Of a DNA stretch of 64,000 nucleotides, positions 27,481 to 36,835 are shown one piece after another (positions within the stretch are counted from its first letter, which is position 1; each line of letters opens with the position of its first letter). This DNA is from Candidatus Poribacteria bacterium (GTDB lineage Bacteria > Poribacteria > WGA-4E > PCPOR2b): positions 1,376,001-1,440,000 of the forward strand of contig OZ244042.1 in assembly GCA_965215015.1 (NCBI GenBank), read 5' to 3'. The translations under genes were made by a program, and so were the position numbers. The notes under the pieces were generated by a model that was given only the letters and a program-made list of their open reading frames with translations, was not told the DNA's origin and made no database searches.

Positions 27481-28860
27481 ATGACGAATTGGGAAAACTA
27501 TCTGGAAAACAATAAGTCTCGATTCTTGGCTGAAATGCTGGACTTTATCCGTATCCCGAGCATCTCTGCACTATCTGAGCACGCCGGCGACATTCAGCGG
27601 GCCGGTGAATGGGTTGCAGACCGTATGAACGCCGCTGGCATTGAAGCGGTACGCGTTCTGCCGACCGGTGGACCTCCGGTGGTCTACGGTGAATGGCTGC
27701 ACGTCCCCGACAAGCCAACCGTCTTGATCTATGGTCACTTTGATACACAGCCTGTTGACCCGGTAGACCTGTGGTCTCACCCACCCTTTGAGCCTGTCGT
27801 GCAAGAAGGGAAAGTGTACGCCCGCGGTGCCTCAGATGACAAAGGAAATATGCTTATTCCCATCCTCGCCACCGAGGCAATGCTTAAGACGGAGGGAAGC
27901 TTGCCGGTCAATCTGAAATTTTTCTTTGAAGGCGAGGAAGAGATCGGTAGCGGCCATCTCCCGGACCTGATAGACTCCCATAAAGAATTACTAGCTTGCA
28001 ATCTGGTGGTCAGTGCGGATGGATTGCAGTGGCGCGAAGACCAACCCTCACTGCTTGTTGGGTTCAAGGGACTGTGCGCGCTACAGATTGATGTGAAGGG
28101 TCCGAATGTAGATTTACACTCCGGTATCTACGGGGGCACCGTCCAAAATCCGATCCACGCCTTGGTGCGGCTCCTAGATTCTATGCGTAGTCCAGCGGGC
28201 GATGTATTGGTCCAAGGTTTCTACGATGAGGTCGTCCCGCTTTCCGCGACGGATCGAGATCAGATTGCCGCTATTGGTCACGATGAGACAGAATATAAGG
28301 AACAGCTCGGCTTGGATCACCTCTTTGGTGAGCCCGGTTATACGGCACTTGAACGGGCATGGGTTCGCCCAACACTTGAGCTGAATGGAATCTGGGGCGG
28401 TTTCCAGGGAGAGGGCAGCAAAACCGTCATCCCGAGTGAAGCCCACGCTAAAATTACCTGCCGCCTTGTGCCCGACCAAAACCCCAACAAAATCTTGGAA
28501 CAACTCGCAAGCCATATCGAAAAACATACGCCTCCGGGGGTAAAAATAAGTGTCACCCCAAAGGCGGCACCTTCCCCGGCATATCGAATCCCCGATAATC
28601 ATCCGGGGAATCAGGCTGCCTATGCTGTGCTTGAGGAGGTGTACGGAAAAACGCCGTACTACACCCGGCTAGGTGGTACACTTCCGGTATGTCGTCTCTT
28701 CCTAGATAAGCTAAATGTCTATACAGTGACCTTCGCCTTCGGCTTGGAGGATGAAAATGCACACGCCCCGGACGAATTTTTCCGGATTCGCAGCTTTGAG
28801 CAAGGGCAGAAAGCCTATTGTAAGTTGTTGCAACGGCTTAGCCAGCAGGAAGGCTTATAA
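27481..28860 (+). CDS. M20 family dipeptidase
   Basis: YGHFDTQP, ARGASDDKG, EGEEEIGS, DLHSG, NAHAPDE. Confidence 0.92.
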   Translation: MTNWENYLENNKSRFLAEMLDFIRIPSISALSEHAGDIQRAGEWVADRMNAAGIEAVRVLPTGGPPVVYGEWLHVPDKPTVLIYGHFDTQPVDPVDLWSHPPFEPVVQEGKVYARGASDDKGNMLIPILATEAMLKTEGSLPVNLKFFFEGEEEIGSGHLPDLIDSHKELLACNLVVSADGLQWREDQPSLLVGFKGLCALQIDVKGPNVDLHSGIYGGTVQNPIHALVRLLDSMRSPAGDVLVQGFYDEVVPLSATDRDQIAAIGHDETEYKEQLGLDHLFGEPGYTALERAWVRPTLELNGIWGGFQGEGSKTVIPSEAHAKITCRLVPDQNPNKILEQLASHIEKHTPPGVKISVTPKAAPSPAYRIPDNHPGNQAAYAVLEEVYGKTPYYTRLGGTLPVCRLFLDKLNVYTVTFAFGLEDENAHAPDEFFRIRSFEQGQKAYCKLLQRLSQQEGL

Positions 28861-28867
28861 CCACTTA

Positions 28868-29031
28868 TAACCAATGGTGCGAGTTTGCAACTGTTGATAC
28901 GCTCCTAAGTTTAGTTCATTCATTGGTTCACTAGTGCATTGATGAACGAATGTACTAATGAACCAGTGAATTCTTGAACCAATGAACCAAGGGGTGGAAA
29001 CAACAGCTTTATCAACTCACACTAAAGGTTT
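28868..29031 (+). mobile_element. MITE family C copy (TIR TAACCAATGGTGCGAGT)
   Basis: TAACCAATGGTGCGAGTTTGCAAC...ACTCACACTAAAGGTTT; interior made of AATGAAC-type 8-mers on both strands. Confidence 0.6.
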
Positions 29032-29083
29032 ATAAAGTTCGGCGTTCAACCGTGCTCGATTACAATAAGGAGGAACAGAAACT

Positions 29084-29881
29084 GTGCAATTGGTCAATCG
29101 AACAGCGATTATAACAGGGGCTGGATCGGGCATAGGTCGTGCGACCGCCCGCCGATTCGCCGCCGAAGGTGCTCACGTCGTCGTGGCGGATATCAATAAT
29201 GCCGCTGGAGTGGAAACCGTTGAGACAATTAATGAAGGCGAGGGGGGAACTGCTCGGTTTATGCATACCGATGTAACCGACTCCACTGAGGTCAAAGCAC
29301 TGGTGTCCGAAACAGTTGATGCCTACGGCGGCGTTGATATTCTGGTGAACAATGCCTACTTCTGCGATGGAGACGACATTCTCACCGTTGATGAGGAGCT
29401 GTGGAACAGAAATATCCGTGGATGCTTGTCAAGTGCTTTCCTTTGTTGTAAGACTATTTTGCCGCACATGATTGGTCAAGGCAGGGGAGCGATTGTGAAC
29501 ATCGCTTCGGTGAATGGGCTGCTCGGACTTGGTGAGGAGGGATACAGTGCTGCCAAAGCGGGGGTTATCTCGCTGACGCAAAACATCGCTGTCCGCTACG
29601 GAGAACATGGCGTCCGCGCCAATTCAATCTGTCCGGGCTCCATTCAAACACCCGCGTGGAAGGCGGTACTTGAAAAGGATCCGGACCTCTTTAACCGCCT
29701 GTCGAAATGGTATCCACTCAAACGGGTCGGCAAGCCTGAAGAGATTGCTGCGGCTGCCCTCTTTCTAGCGTCAGACCAAGCATCTTTCGTCACTGGAACA
29801 AACCTCATCGTTGATGGAGGGCTGACCGCCGGGCTGAAGCGCATGGGCGAAGAACTGGTAGGAGAGGGCACAGAGATTTAA
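29084..29881 (+). CDS. SDR family oxidoreductase
   Basis: TGAGSGIG, VNNA, YSAAK, CPG, VDGG; RBS AAGGAGG. Confidence 0.93.
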   Translation: MQLVNRTAIITGAGSGIGRATARRFAAEGAHVVVADINNAAGVETVETINEGEGGTARFMHTDVTDSTEVKALVSETVDAYGGVDILVNNAYFCDGDDILTVDEELWNRNIRGCLSSAFLCCKTILPHMIGQGRGAIVNIASVNGLLGLGEEGYSAAKAGVISLTQNIAVRYGEHGVRANSICPGSIQTPAWKAVLEKDPDLFNRLSKWYPLKRVGKPEEIAAAALFLASDQASFVTGTNLIVDGGLTAGLKRMGEELVGEGTEI

Positions 29882-29896
29882 TAAACTAACCCTATT

Positions 29897-30068
29897 TAAC
29901 CAATGGCGCGAGTTTGCAACCGTTGATAGCGTGATGCGTGAAACGCGAAGAGAAAAATAGAATGCAAGGACGCTAGGAAATTCTCTTAAAAAAACTTTGC
30001 GTTATTGTGTTAAGTATTCTTAATGAACTAATGCGCTCAATATCCTCACCGACTCGCACCAAAGGTTA
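29897..30068 (+). mobile_element. MITE family C copy
   Basis: TAACCAATGGCGCGAGTTTGCAAC...ACTCGCACCAAAGGTTA. Confidence 0.65.
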
Positions 30069-30097
30069 TTTAAGGGATGAAGATTGGAGATAGAACC

Positions 30098-30940
30098 ATG
30101 ACATCAACACGACTCAACGACCAACAGATGGCATTCTTTGATACGTTTGGTTTCCTATCCTTTCCGGGATTGTTGGCTGACTGTGTCGATAAGATTATCA
30201 ACGAGTTTGAAGCTATTTGGGCTTCCCACGGCGGTGGACACAACGGTGCACTACACGACGGGGTGAATCGTTCTTGTATTTTCCCCTTCCCGGATCGAAG
30301 TGAGTACCTCAGCTCGCTGTTAGACGACCCGCGTATCCACGACATCGCCGCCTGCATTTGCGGTGATGATTTTAACTACACAAGCGGTGATGGTAATTTC
30401 TACGCCGGTGACACCCGTTGGCACTCCGATGGCTACGATGGAAACCGGCCGATGAGCATCAAGATCGCTTTCTACCTCGACCTGTTGACCCGCGACACCG
30501 GCGCACTCCGTATCATCCCCGGCAGCCACCGTGTAGGCGAACCTTATGCCGACACCATTGAGCGCGATATCCGCGAGAGTGGGCAGATTTGGGGGCTGTC
30601 CGGCCGTGATGTCCCGGCACTCATTTTGGAGACGAACCCCGGCGATATTGTCGTCTTCAACCACAATCTCAAGCACGCCGCGTTTGGGGGGGCTGAACGG
30701 CGACGGATGTACACGATGAACTTCTGCCGCCGTTACCCCGAAGAACGACTTGGGGAGTTGCGTGATAAACTCGGCAAAGAGGCACGGTTCTGGATTGATC
30801 GCATCCACGGCGAAGCGATGATTCGTACCGCGGGGCCAGAGCGGATGGTACACTTGGAGCAGGTGATGGAAAATGACATCCATCTCGCCGAATTACACCG
30901 CGATCTCAGAAAAACGATGGCAGAACCGTCGCGCGGCTAA
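30098..30940 (+). CDS. PhyH-family dioxygenase
   Basis: FFDTFGFL, WHSD, LRIIPGSH, KHAAFGG..RR; close paralog of 58150..58965. Confidence 0.88.
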   Translation: MTSTRLNDQQMAFFDTFGFLSFPGLLADCVDKIINEFEAIWASHGGGHNGALHDGVNRSCIFPFPDRSEYLSSLLDDPRIHDIAACICGDDFNYTSGDGNFYAGDTRWHSDGYDGNRPMSIKIAFYLDLLTRDTGALRIIPGSHRVGEPYADTIERDIRESGQIWGLSGRDVPALILETNPGDIVVFNHNLKHAAFGGAERRRMYTMNFCRRYPEERLGELRDKLGKEARFWIDRIHGEAMIRTAGPERMVHLEQVMENDIHLAELHRDLRKTMAEPSRG

Positions 30941-30993
30941 TAGCTCAATTTAATATAATCCCTCTAAAGACCAATCAATGTTAGGAGCAGAAA

Positions 30994-31850
30994 ATGGATT
31001 TATGGAATCAGGAAGTAGAGCGGTTTTTTTTAAGAAAACAATCCACGGTTTTGCGTCCCCTCAACAGCTTTTTTATGTAGCTGATGATAACAGGTACATT
31101 GCCTATTGGCCGAGAAATTATCAAGGGCAAAGATCAACTCTACAAAGCAGGAATGCCCTTATCGGCAGTTTCACTGAAACACGGACAAGAGAATTATTAG
31201 AAAATTGTGTGAAAGACGAAAATCTTTTTGCAGTTCAGAGTGTAATATGCGAAGAGCTAGGATTATCCGCTAGATCTCCGGCCGATGTTGTTATTGCAAG
31301 ACGAGATAGCAGGACACTTGCTCCAGAAGATATTTTAATGATTTTTGAAGCAAAGATGTCTGTGGTATGGAATTGGGAATTGCAAAGCAACCGATTGATA
31401 TGCTTATAGAACACATCAAGGTCAACCGGGGCTGTTAAGATCGGATTCCATGCTAAAAGCAATCGGTAGAGCAATTAATCAAGTACCAAAGCATCTACAA
31501 TTCCTATTATTGTGCTTGGTAATACTCCCATTACAAATAGCTATTTGAGTAAAGTTGACCATCTGAAAACATCGGGAGTTGTACAGGGATTTTTTTCAAT
31601 CAATCCGAAGCCTCTTGAGGACGAAAATACGATAAAGACTACGACAAAGAAAGGATTTATAAGATTTGACTCTTATGAATCTTTGAAACGTTCTTTAGTT
31701 GAATTGCTTTCGATGAAAACCCATTTTTTCTCCAGTATGAAAAGCAAAGAGGAACTTGGGCGATTTATTGAGATTGCAGATAAAGAACCAACTTATGAAC
31801 TGAAAGCAGAAACATTTCTTGAATTATTGGAGTCTGAAGATAATGGATAA
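30994..31850 (+). pseudogene. Frameshifted type II restriction endonuclease (PD-(D/E)xK type)
   Basis: RBS AGGAG + ATG 30994 (MDLWNQEVERFF); frameshift in T8 at 31024-31031; PADVVI...FEAKMS core; two more frame breaks near 31405 and 31480; overlaps the MTase start; AT-rich. Confidence 0.7.
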
Positions 31851-32763
31851 AACCAAGGCTAGTCCTCGAAAAGGTGGAACAAAGACAAGTAAATTTGGAA
31901 TTTCCGGAAGGATCAACCATGATTCTAGCGAATTTTATGATAGTAAACTTTATGCTGGTAAGAATCCCCTAGAAAAAGTCGAATTCATAGAAAACCCAAT
32001 TAATAATGCAAGCCTCAACCAAATTTATTGCAAATCGAGTGAGAATATGTCAGAGATACCGGATTCGAGTATCCATCTAATGGTGACTTCTCCACCATAT
32101 AATGTAAAAAAAGAATACGATAAGGACTTGTCCCTAAGCGATTACAGAGACCTGCTTAGAACCGTGTTTACCCAAACCCATAAAAAATTGGTGACGGGTG
32201 GACGGGCTTGTGTTAATATTGCGAATTTAGGACGTAAACCCTATATTGCATTGCACGGCCATATTATCGAAGACATGTTAGAAATTGGCTATTATATGCG
32301 AGGAGAAATCATCTGGAATAAAGCATCAAGTGCCAGTCCTTCAACAGCATGGGGAAGTTGGATGTCTGCGGCGAATCCTGTTTTAAGAGATATTCATGAA
32401 TACATCTTGGTCTTTTCTAAAGGGTCATTTTCAAGGAGACGAAATCGGAAAGAGAATTCGATCAAAAAAGAAGAATTCTTAGAATGGACGAAAAGTGTCT
32501 GGACATTTCCAGCAGTATCCGCCAAAAGTATTGGACATCCTGCCCCATTTCCCGAAGAATTGCCGTATAGATTGATTCAGTTATACACATTCAAAAACGA
32601 CGTTGTTTTAGACCCGTTTTGTGGAAGTGGTACGACTTGTTTAGTTGCACTTAAATCAGGTAGAAGTTATATCGGCTATGATATTGAAGAAAAATATGCT
32701 GAACTTGCAAACAACAGGATAGAAAGATATTCCTCTCAAATCAGATTGTTTGACGAAAGGTAG
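31843..32763 (+). CDS. Beta-class DNA amino-methyltransferase (probably N4-cytosine)
   Basis: VTSPPY motif IV precedes HPAPFP and VLDPFCGSGTT motif I. Confidence 0.92.
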   Translation: MDKTKASPRKGGTKTSKFGISGRINHDSSEFYDSKLYAGKNPLEKVEFIENPINNASLNQIYCKSSENMSEIPDSSIHLMVTSPPYNVKKEYDKDLSLSDYRDLLRTVFTQTHKKLVTGGRACVNIANLGRKPYIALHGHIIEDMLEIGYYMRGEIIWNKASSASPSTAWGSWMSAANPVLRDIHEYILVFSKGSFSRRRNRKENSIKKEEFLEWTKSVWTFPAVSAKSIGHPAPFPEELPYRLIQLYTFKNDVVLDPFCGSGTTCLVALKSGRSYIGYDIEEKYAELANNRIERYSSQIRLFDER

Positions 32764-32956
32764 TAGGCACGATTCGCGTGCCGTAAACCCCACAACCGTT
32801 ATGGCCTATGGCCGGGCTAAGATCCAACTGCCATTAAACTCCCAACCATAATGGGGAAAAACAAAATATCTCCAACTCCATAGGTGGGCCTCTTACCTCG
32901 CGATCCGCGTCCTCTGCTGCATCTGCGATTCAGACAATAATTATGAGCACCCCTCA
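32761..32956 (+). repeat. Dispersed ~200-bp element, copy of 5996..6202
   Basis: Starts at the MTase stop with TAGTAGGCACGATTCGCGTGCCGTA; ends GACAATAATTATGAGCACCCCTCA. Confidence 0.8.
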
Positions 32957-33077
32957 AGTATCATAGACGAGCTAGCCAGAAAATGAGAACATGGCGCGAA
33001 TACCTATTTGTAGTTCGGTGATTTAGCATCCGTCCGCATCCTTGTCCCCTCGCATATTAAAAGAAAAAGGAAGGTCA

Positions 33078-33231
33078 GGATTCACTAACTTGCCAATCGA
33101 ATCTATACTGCGCCACAAACGATGTTGAAAATGCTATCAAGCGACAACACACCAACGCTCGACACGCTCGGAACCATTCTAGATGTGCTTGGATGGAGGC
33201 TTTCGATTGAGGCGTTAGAAAATGCAATACC
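33078..33231 (+). pseudogene. Remnant of an addiction-module antitoxin-like HTH gene
   Basis: GFT, frameshift, LANRIYTAPQTMLKMLSSDNTPTLDTLGTILDVLGWRLSIE, like the LYK.LS..GNP.L.TL..IL..LG..L pattern; no start; cut by a MITE. Confidence 0.5.
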
Positions 33232-33574
33232 TAGGGCGTGTTGACATTTCACTAGCACCAATTTGAAAATGCTGTTACGATTGGGCAAGCCGACGTCAAC
33301 AGAACTCGTCGGTCGAGACTCATATCTCGACATAATACCTGGCCTGTCACACTACAATCTTGGCTCAATCCCCCGGACTCTCGCGCTATGGTATTGTCGA
33401 TTTTCCAAAATTGACCGACAATGGGGAACCACGAGAGGTGCCCCTACAAGAATCGGTTGAATGTAGGACTAGGTCTTGTACCTACCTAAGATACAAACTG
33501 CCAGAATACTGAAACTTAAAATAATCTCAAGTAGATCCAGATGGATTCAGTTTGTCAAATGTCAACAGAACCTA
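33232..33574 (+). mobile_element. MITE family D copy (343 bp; IS5-like ends)
   Basis: TAGGGCGTGTTGACATTT...AAATGTCAACAGAACCTA with CTAG at both junctions; reverse copy at 44072. Confidence 0.75.
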
Positions 33575-33593
33575 GCCAAAAGTGAGGATAAAA

Positions 33594-36500
33594 ATGAAAA
33601 GAGAGCATGGCTCACCGGGTTGCAGGGTTCACAAAATCAGGACAGGGATAAGTGCCTGTCCCTACTTCCTGCTCATTGTGGCTTTTGTAGCGTTGGTAGG
33701 TATCCGAGGCACTTCTGCTGCCATCACAGGCAAGATTTCAGGTGTGGTCACCGCTGAAGCAACGAAAGCACCGCTAGCGAATGTCACAGTAGCCGTTGTC
33801 GGGACAAGTCGCACCACAACAACAAACGACGCAGGCTATTATGTCCTCATTAATATCCCGCTGGGCGGTTACGATGTGAAGGCAGAATTGACCGGCTACG
33901 GCTCGGAGACTGTGACGGGTGCGAAGGTGTTTGCCGGGCTTACCACGACCCTAAACTTTGCCCTAAAGGCTGCCGATGTTGTCACACTTGAAGATATAAC
34001 AGTAAGAGCTACCAAACCGCTGATTAAGCGGGATGTTACACAAACGACAAGGATTATTGAAGCGGAGGATATTGCCGCCATGCCCCGCGATACTGTGAAT
34101 GGGATTCTCCAAACGCAGGCGGGTGTGGCAGTGAATAACACATCCGGCACACTCCATATTCGCGGTGGCCGCTCTATGGAGGTCAAATATCTGATTGATG
34201 GTCTCCCAATTAATGACCCGATTGGGAGCAGCTTAGGTGTGCATATCAGCACCAACGCCATTGAACAGATGGAAATCATCACAGGTGGATTCAATGCAGA
34301 ACACGGTGATGCACAATCCGGTGTGATTAATCTTATCACCAAAGCCGGTACACAAAAGTTTTCTGGTCAAATCCGGTATCGAGTCGGGCAGTGGGCAACA
34401 CACCACGGGGACCCGTTATACGGTCCTTGGTTCGATCCGGACAACGGTTTCCGACCGGTGGCACTCGAACCGTTCCGGGGAATCTTCCTCGGCAAACCTT
34501 ACGATTATCAAACACCCTATCGAGGAGACAGCGTTAGCGTCGGAGAATTGGCAAAGCGAGAGGGCGATGCACAGGTACTTTTCACGGAGATTGTCCCCGG
34601 CGTGTATGCGGATAGAACGGAAAACCCCTTGCTGCCCGTTATTGACCCCAGTACAGGCGAACCCATGGTGGATGCCGCAGGTGAAGTCATTAGGGCACGC
34701 CAACCCTACAAAGATACCGATGGCACCGTTATTGACTATGAGAAAAAACAGGTAACGCTGTTAGATGGCTACATCGTGGATTTGGAACAGTACAGTGGAT
34801 TGTTTAATGACACGAAAGAGTATGATCTGCGTCCGAGCCATATTGCGGAACTTACGCTCAACGGACCAATATGGGGTAATCGTTTGACCTTCTCGTTTGC
34901 TAGCCAGTTGCGACAAGATGAAAGTTATCTCCCCAATAGTGATGGAACGGGATACACCTTTCAGGGTAAACTCAAGTTTGAGGTGACACCTCAACTCAAA
35001 TTCACGGCAAGTGGGCTTTTCGATCAGCGGGAGTCCACCTCCTACGGTGGTAGCCTGCGCTTTTTACCCAGCGCGATTCCGGTGGCGAACAGGGAGGGAC
35101 GGGGGGTGTCCGTGCAACTCTCACATAATCTCGACTCGGGCACCTTCTATACGTTGACGCTTGGGCAATTCCATCACTCTTTTGAAAGCCATCAACCGGA
35201 AAAACTGTGGGATCCATTGAATAAAACATTTGATGAAAACGCTTGGGATCCTGAAAAATCGTTTGAGGAGAATCAGAGAGAGGGAAGAATAAGAAACCCG
35301 ACCCAACAGGCCTACAATGACACAAACTACTTCATTGCAGGTGATGACAACGCTTGGACCGACCGCAATTCGACGACATCAATACTGAAGGCAGATTTTG
35401 CCAGCCAAGTTACAGAAAATCACCAAATTCAGACAGGCATTGGATTTATGACACAAGATCTCTATAATCTCGGAGCGACGAATTATGGGAGTTCAAACCT
35501 CTACATGGAATTTTATGATGTAAGACCGAGTTCCATGAGTCTATATGTGCAAGACAAGATGGAGTATGCAGAAATGATTGTCAATGCCGGAGTGCGGTAT
35601 GATCTGTACAATCCAGATGGAGTCTCACCCGCCGATCCCTTGGATCCGCTTGAGCTCAACCCTGATGGAACAATCAAGCTGGATAAAAGCGTCTACACAG
35701 TTGGATTGCCCATCATCAAGAATCCGGTTCAAGCATCCGTCAAACAGAGGCTCTCCCCACGCCTCGGCATTTCGTTCCCGGTAACAGATCGGGCGAAGCT
35801 GCACTTCACGTATGGACATTACTACCAGATGCCGCGCGGCGATGACCTCTACGAAAACCTCAACTTTGATATGCGAGGGGCAATCCGCAGAAAAGGGAAT
35901 CCTGACCTGGAGCCGGAGAAAACTATTGCCTACGAAGTCGGGGTGGCGCAGCAGTTCACCGATGACTTAACAGCTGACATCACCGGGTTTACCAAGGATA
36001 TCGACAAACTTGTGAGTAGCGTGCATGTCGATATTACCAATGATTACAGCTATTTTATCAATGACATCTACGGACGGGTTCAAGGCGTTGAATTGACAGT
36101 TCGCAAGTGGCGCACAGGGAGAAGTCCAGTTTCCGGGATGCTCAATTATACCTATGCCGTCGCAAAAGGGAAAGGCTCTAGTCGAAATCTGGGCTACCTG
36201 ACCTATTATCGGGCACAACCTGAAGTGACTGAAAGCCATCCCTTAAACTGGGATCAGCGGCACGTTGTTTCCGGAACCTTAGATATTCAATTGCCCCTTG
36301 ATGTCGCTATCAACCTGATTGGGCGGTATGGCAGTGGCTTGCCCTACACACCCAATCCGAATGCGCCGGTCAAACCTGATGTGAACTCAAAGCGATACCC
36401 GGCAACCTACAACCTTGACGCGCTGATTAGCAAGCGAAGCGAAGTTGGTGAGTTGACCTATACGTTCTTTGCAGATATTCGGAATATATTCAACACGAAA

Positions 36501-36632
36501 AATCTCTATGACCTGATTGATCCGGTGACGTACGACCGGTACGGTCTCCCGCTCAACGATAAGAAACATTCGGATCCGCTCTCGTGGAGTTCACCACGCC
36601 TTGTTATGATTGGCGTGAGTCTGGATTTTTAA
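33594..36632 (+). CDS. TonB-dependent receptor with N-terminal carboxypeptidase-regulatory-like domain
   Basis: Signal peptide, GKISGVV..G.Y.L, plug HIRGGR..YLIDG..GGFNAEHG..SGVINLITK, LSPRLG, GNPDLEPEKT, C-terminal IGVSLDF. Confidence 0.92.
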   Translation: MKREHGSPGCRVHKIRTGISACPYFLLIVAFVALVGIRGTSAAITGKISGVVTAEATKAPLANVTVAVVGTSRTTTTNDAGYYVLINIPLGGYDVKAELTGYGSETVTGAKVFAGLTTTLNFALKAADVVTLEDITVRATKPLIKRDVTQTTRIIEAEDIAAMPRDTVNGILQTQAGVAVNNTSGTLHIRGGRSMEVKYLIDGLPINDPIGSSLGVHISTNAIEQMEIITGGFNAEHGDAQSGVINLITKAGTQKFSGQIRYRVGQWATHHGDPLYGPWFDPDNGFRPVALEPFRGIFLGKPYDYQTPYRGDSVSVGELAKREGDAQVLFTEIVPGVYADRTENPLLPVIDPSTGEPMVDAAGEVIRARQPYKDTDGTVIDYEKKQVTLLDGYIVDLEQYSGLFNDTKEYDLRPSHIAELTLNGPIWGNRLTFSFASQLRQDESYLPNSDGTGYTFQGKLKFEVTPQLKFTASGLFDQRESTSYGGSLRFLPSAIPVANREGRGVSVQLSHNLDSGTFYTLTLGQFHHSFESHQPEKLWDPLNKTFDENAWDPEKSFEENQREGRIRNPTQQAYNDTNYFIAGDDNAWTDRNSTTSILKADFASQVTENHQIQTGIGFMTQDLYNLGATNYGSSNLYMEFYDVRPSSMSLYVQDKMEYAEMIVNAGVRYDLYNPDGVSPADPLDPLELNPDGTIKLDKSVYTVGLPIIKNPVQASVKQRLSPRLGISFPVTDRAKLHFTYGHYYQMPRGDDLYENLNFDMRGAIRRKGNPDLEPEKTIAYEVGVAQQFTDDLTADITGFTKDIDKLVSSVHVDITNDYSYFINDIYGRVQGVELTVRKWRTGRSPVSGMLNYTYAVAKGKGSSRNLGYLTYYRAQPEVTESHPLNWDQRHVVSGTLDIQLPLDVAINLIGRYGSGLPYTPNPNAPVKPDVNSKRYPATYNLDALISKRSEVGELTYTFFADIRNIFNTKNLYDLIDPVTYDRYGLPLNDKKHSDPLSWSSPRLVMIGVSLDF

Positions 36633-36835
36633 GGGAATCAGGCTTTCCAAGTTGACAATTTGAGGCAATCCTTTCTCGGTTCGCGTCCCTGCATGTCAGA
36701 AGCTCTGAATCGGTAACGCAGCTTGTCTCTGGACATGATTCGGAAATGGCACAAGGGGCTTGGAATTTCGGCGGATATATTGGTTCAGCCATACGAATAG
36801 GAAAGGCCTCCTTACCTCGATTTTTAGGAGGAAAA

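Noticed and set aside
28912-28990. Periodic repeats that might be a CRISPR array
   Set aside because: Units are about 8 bp and degenerate, with no unique spacers; no cas genes
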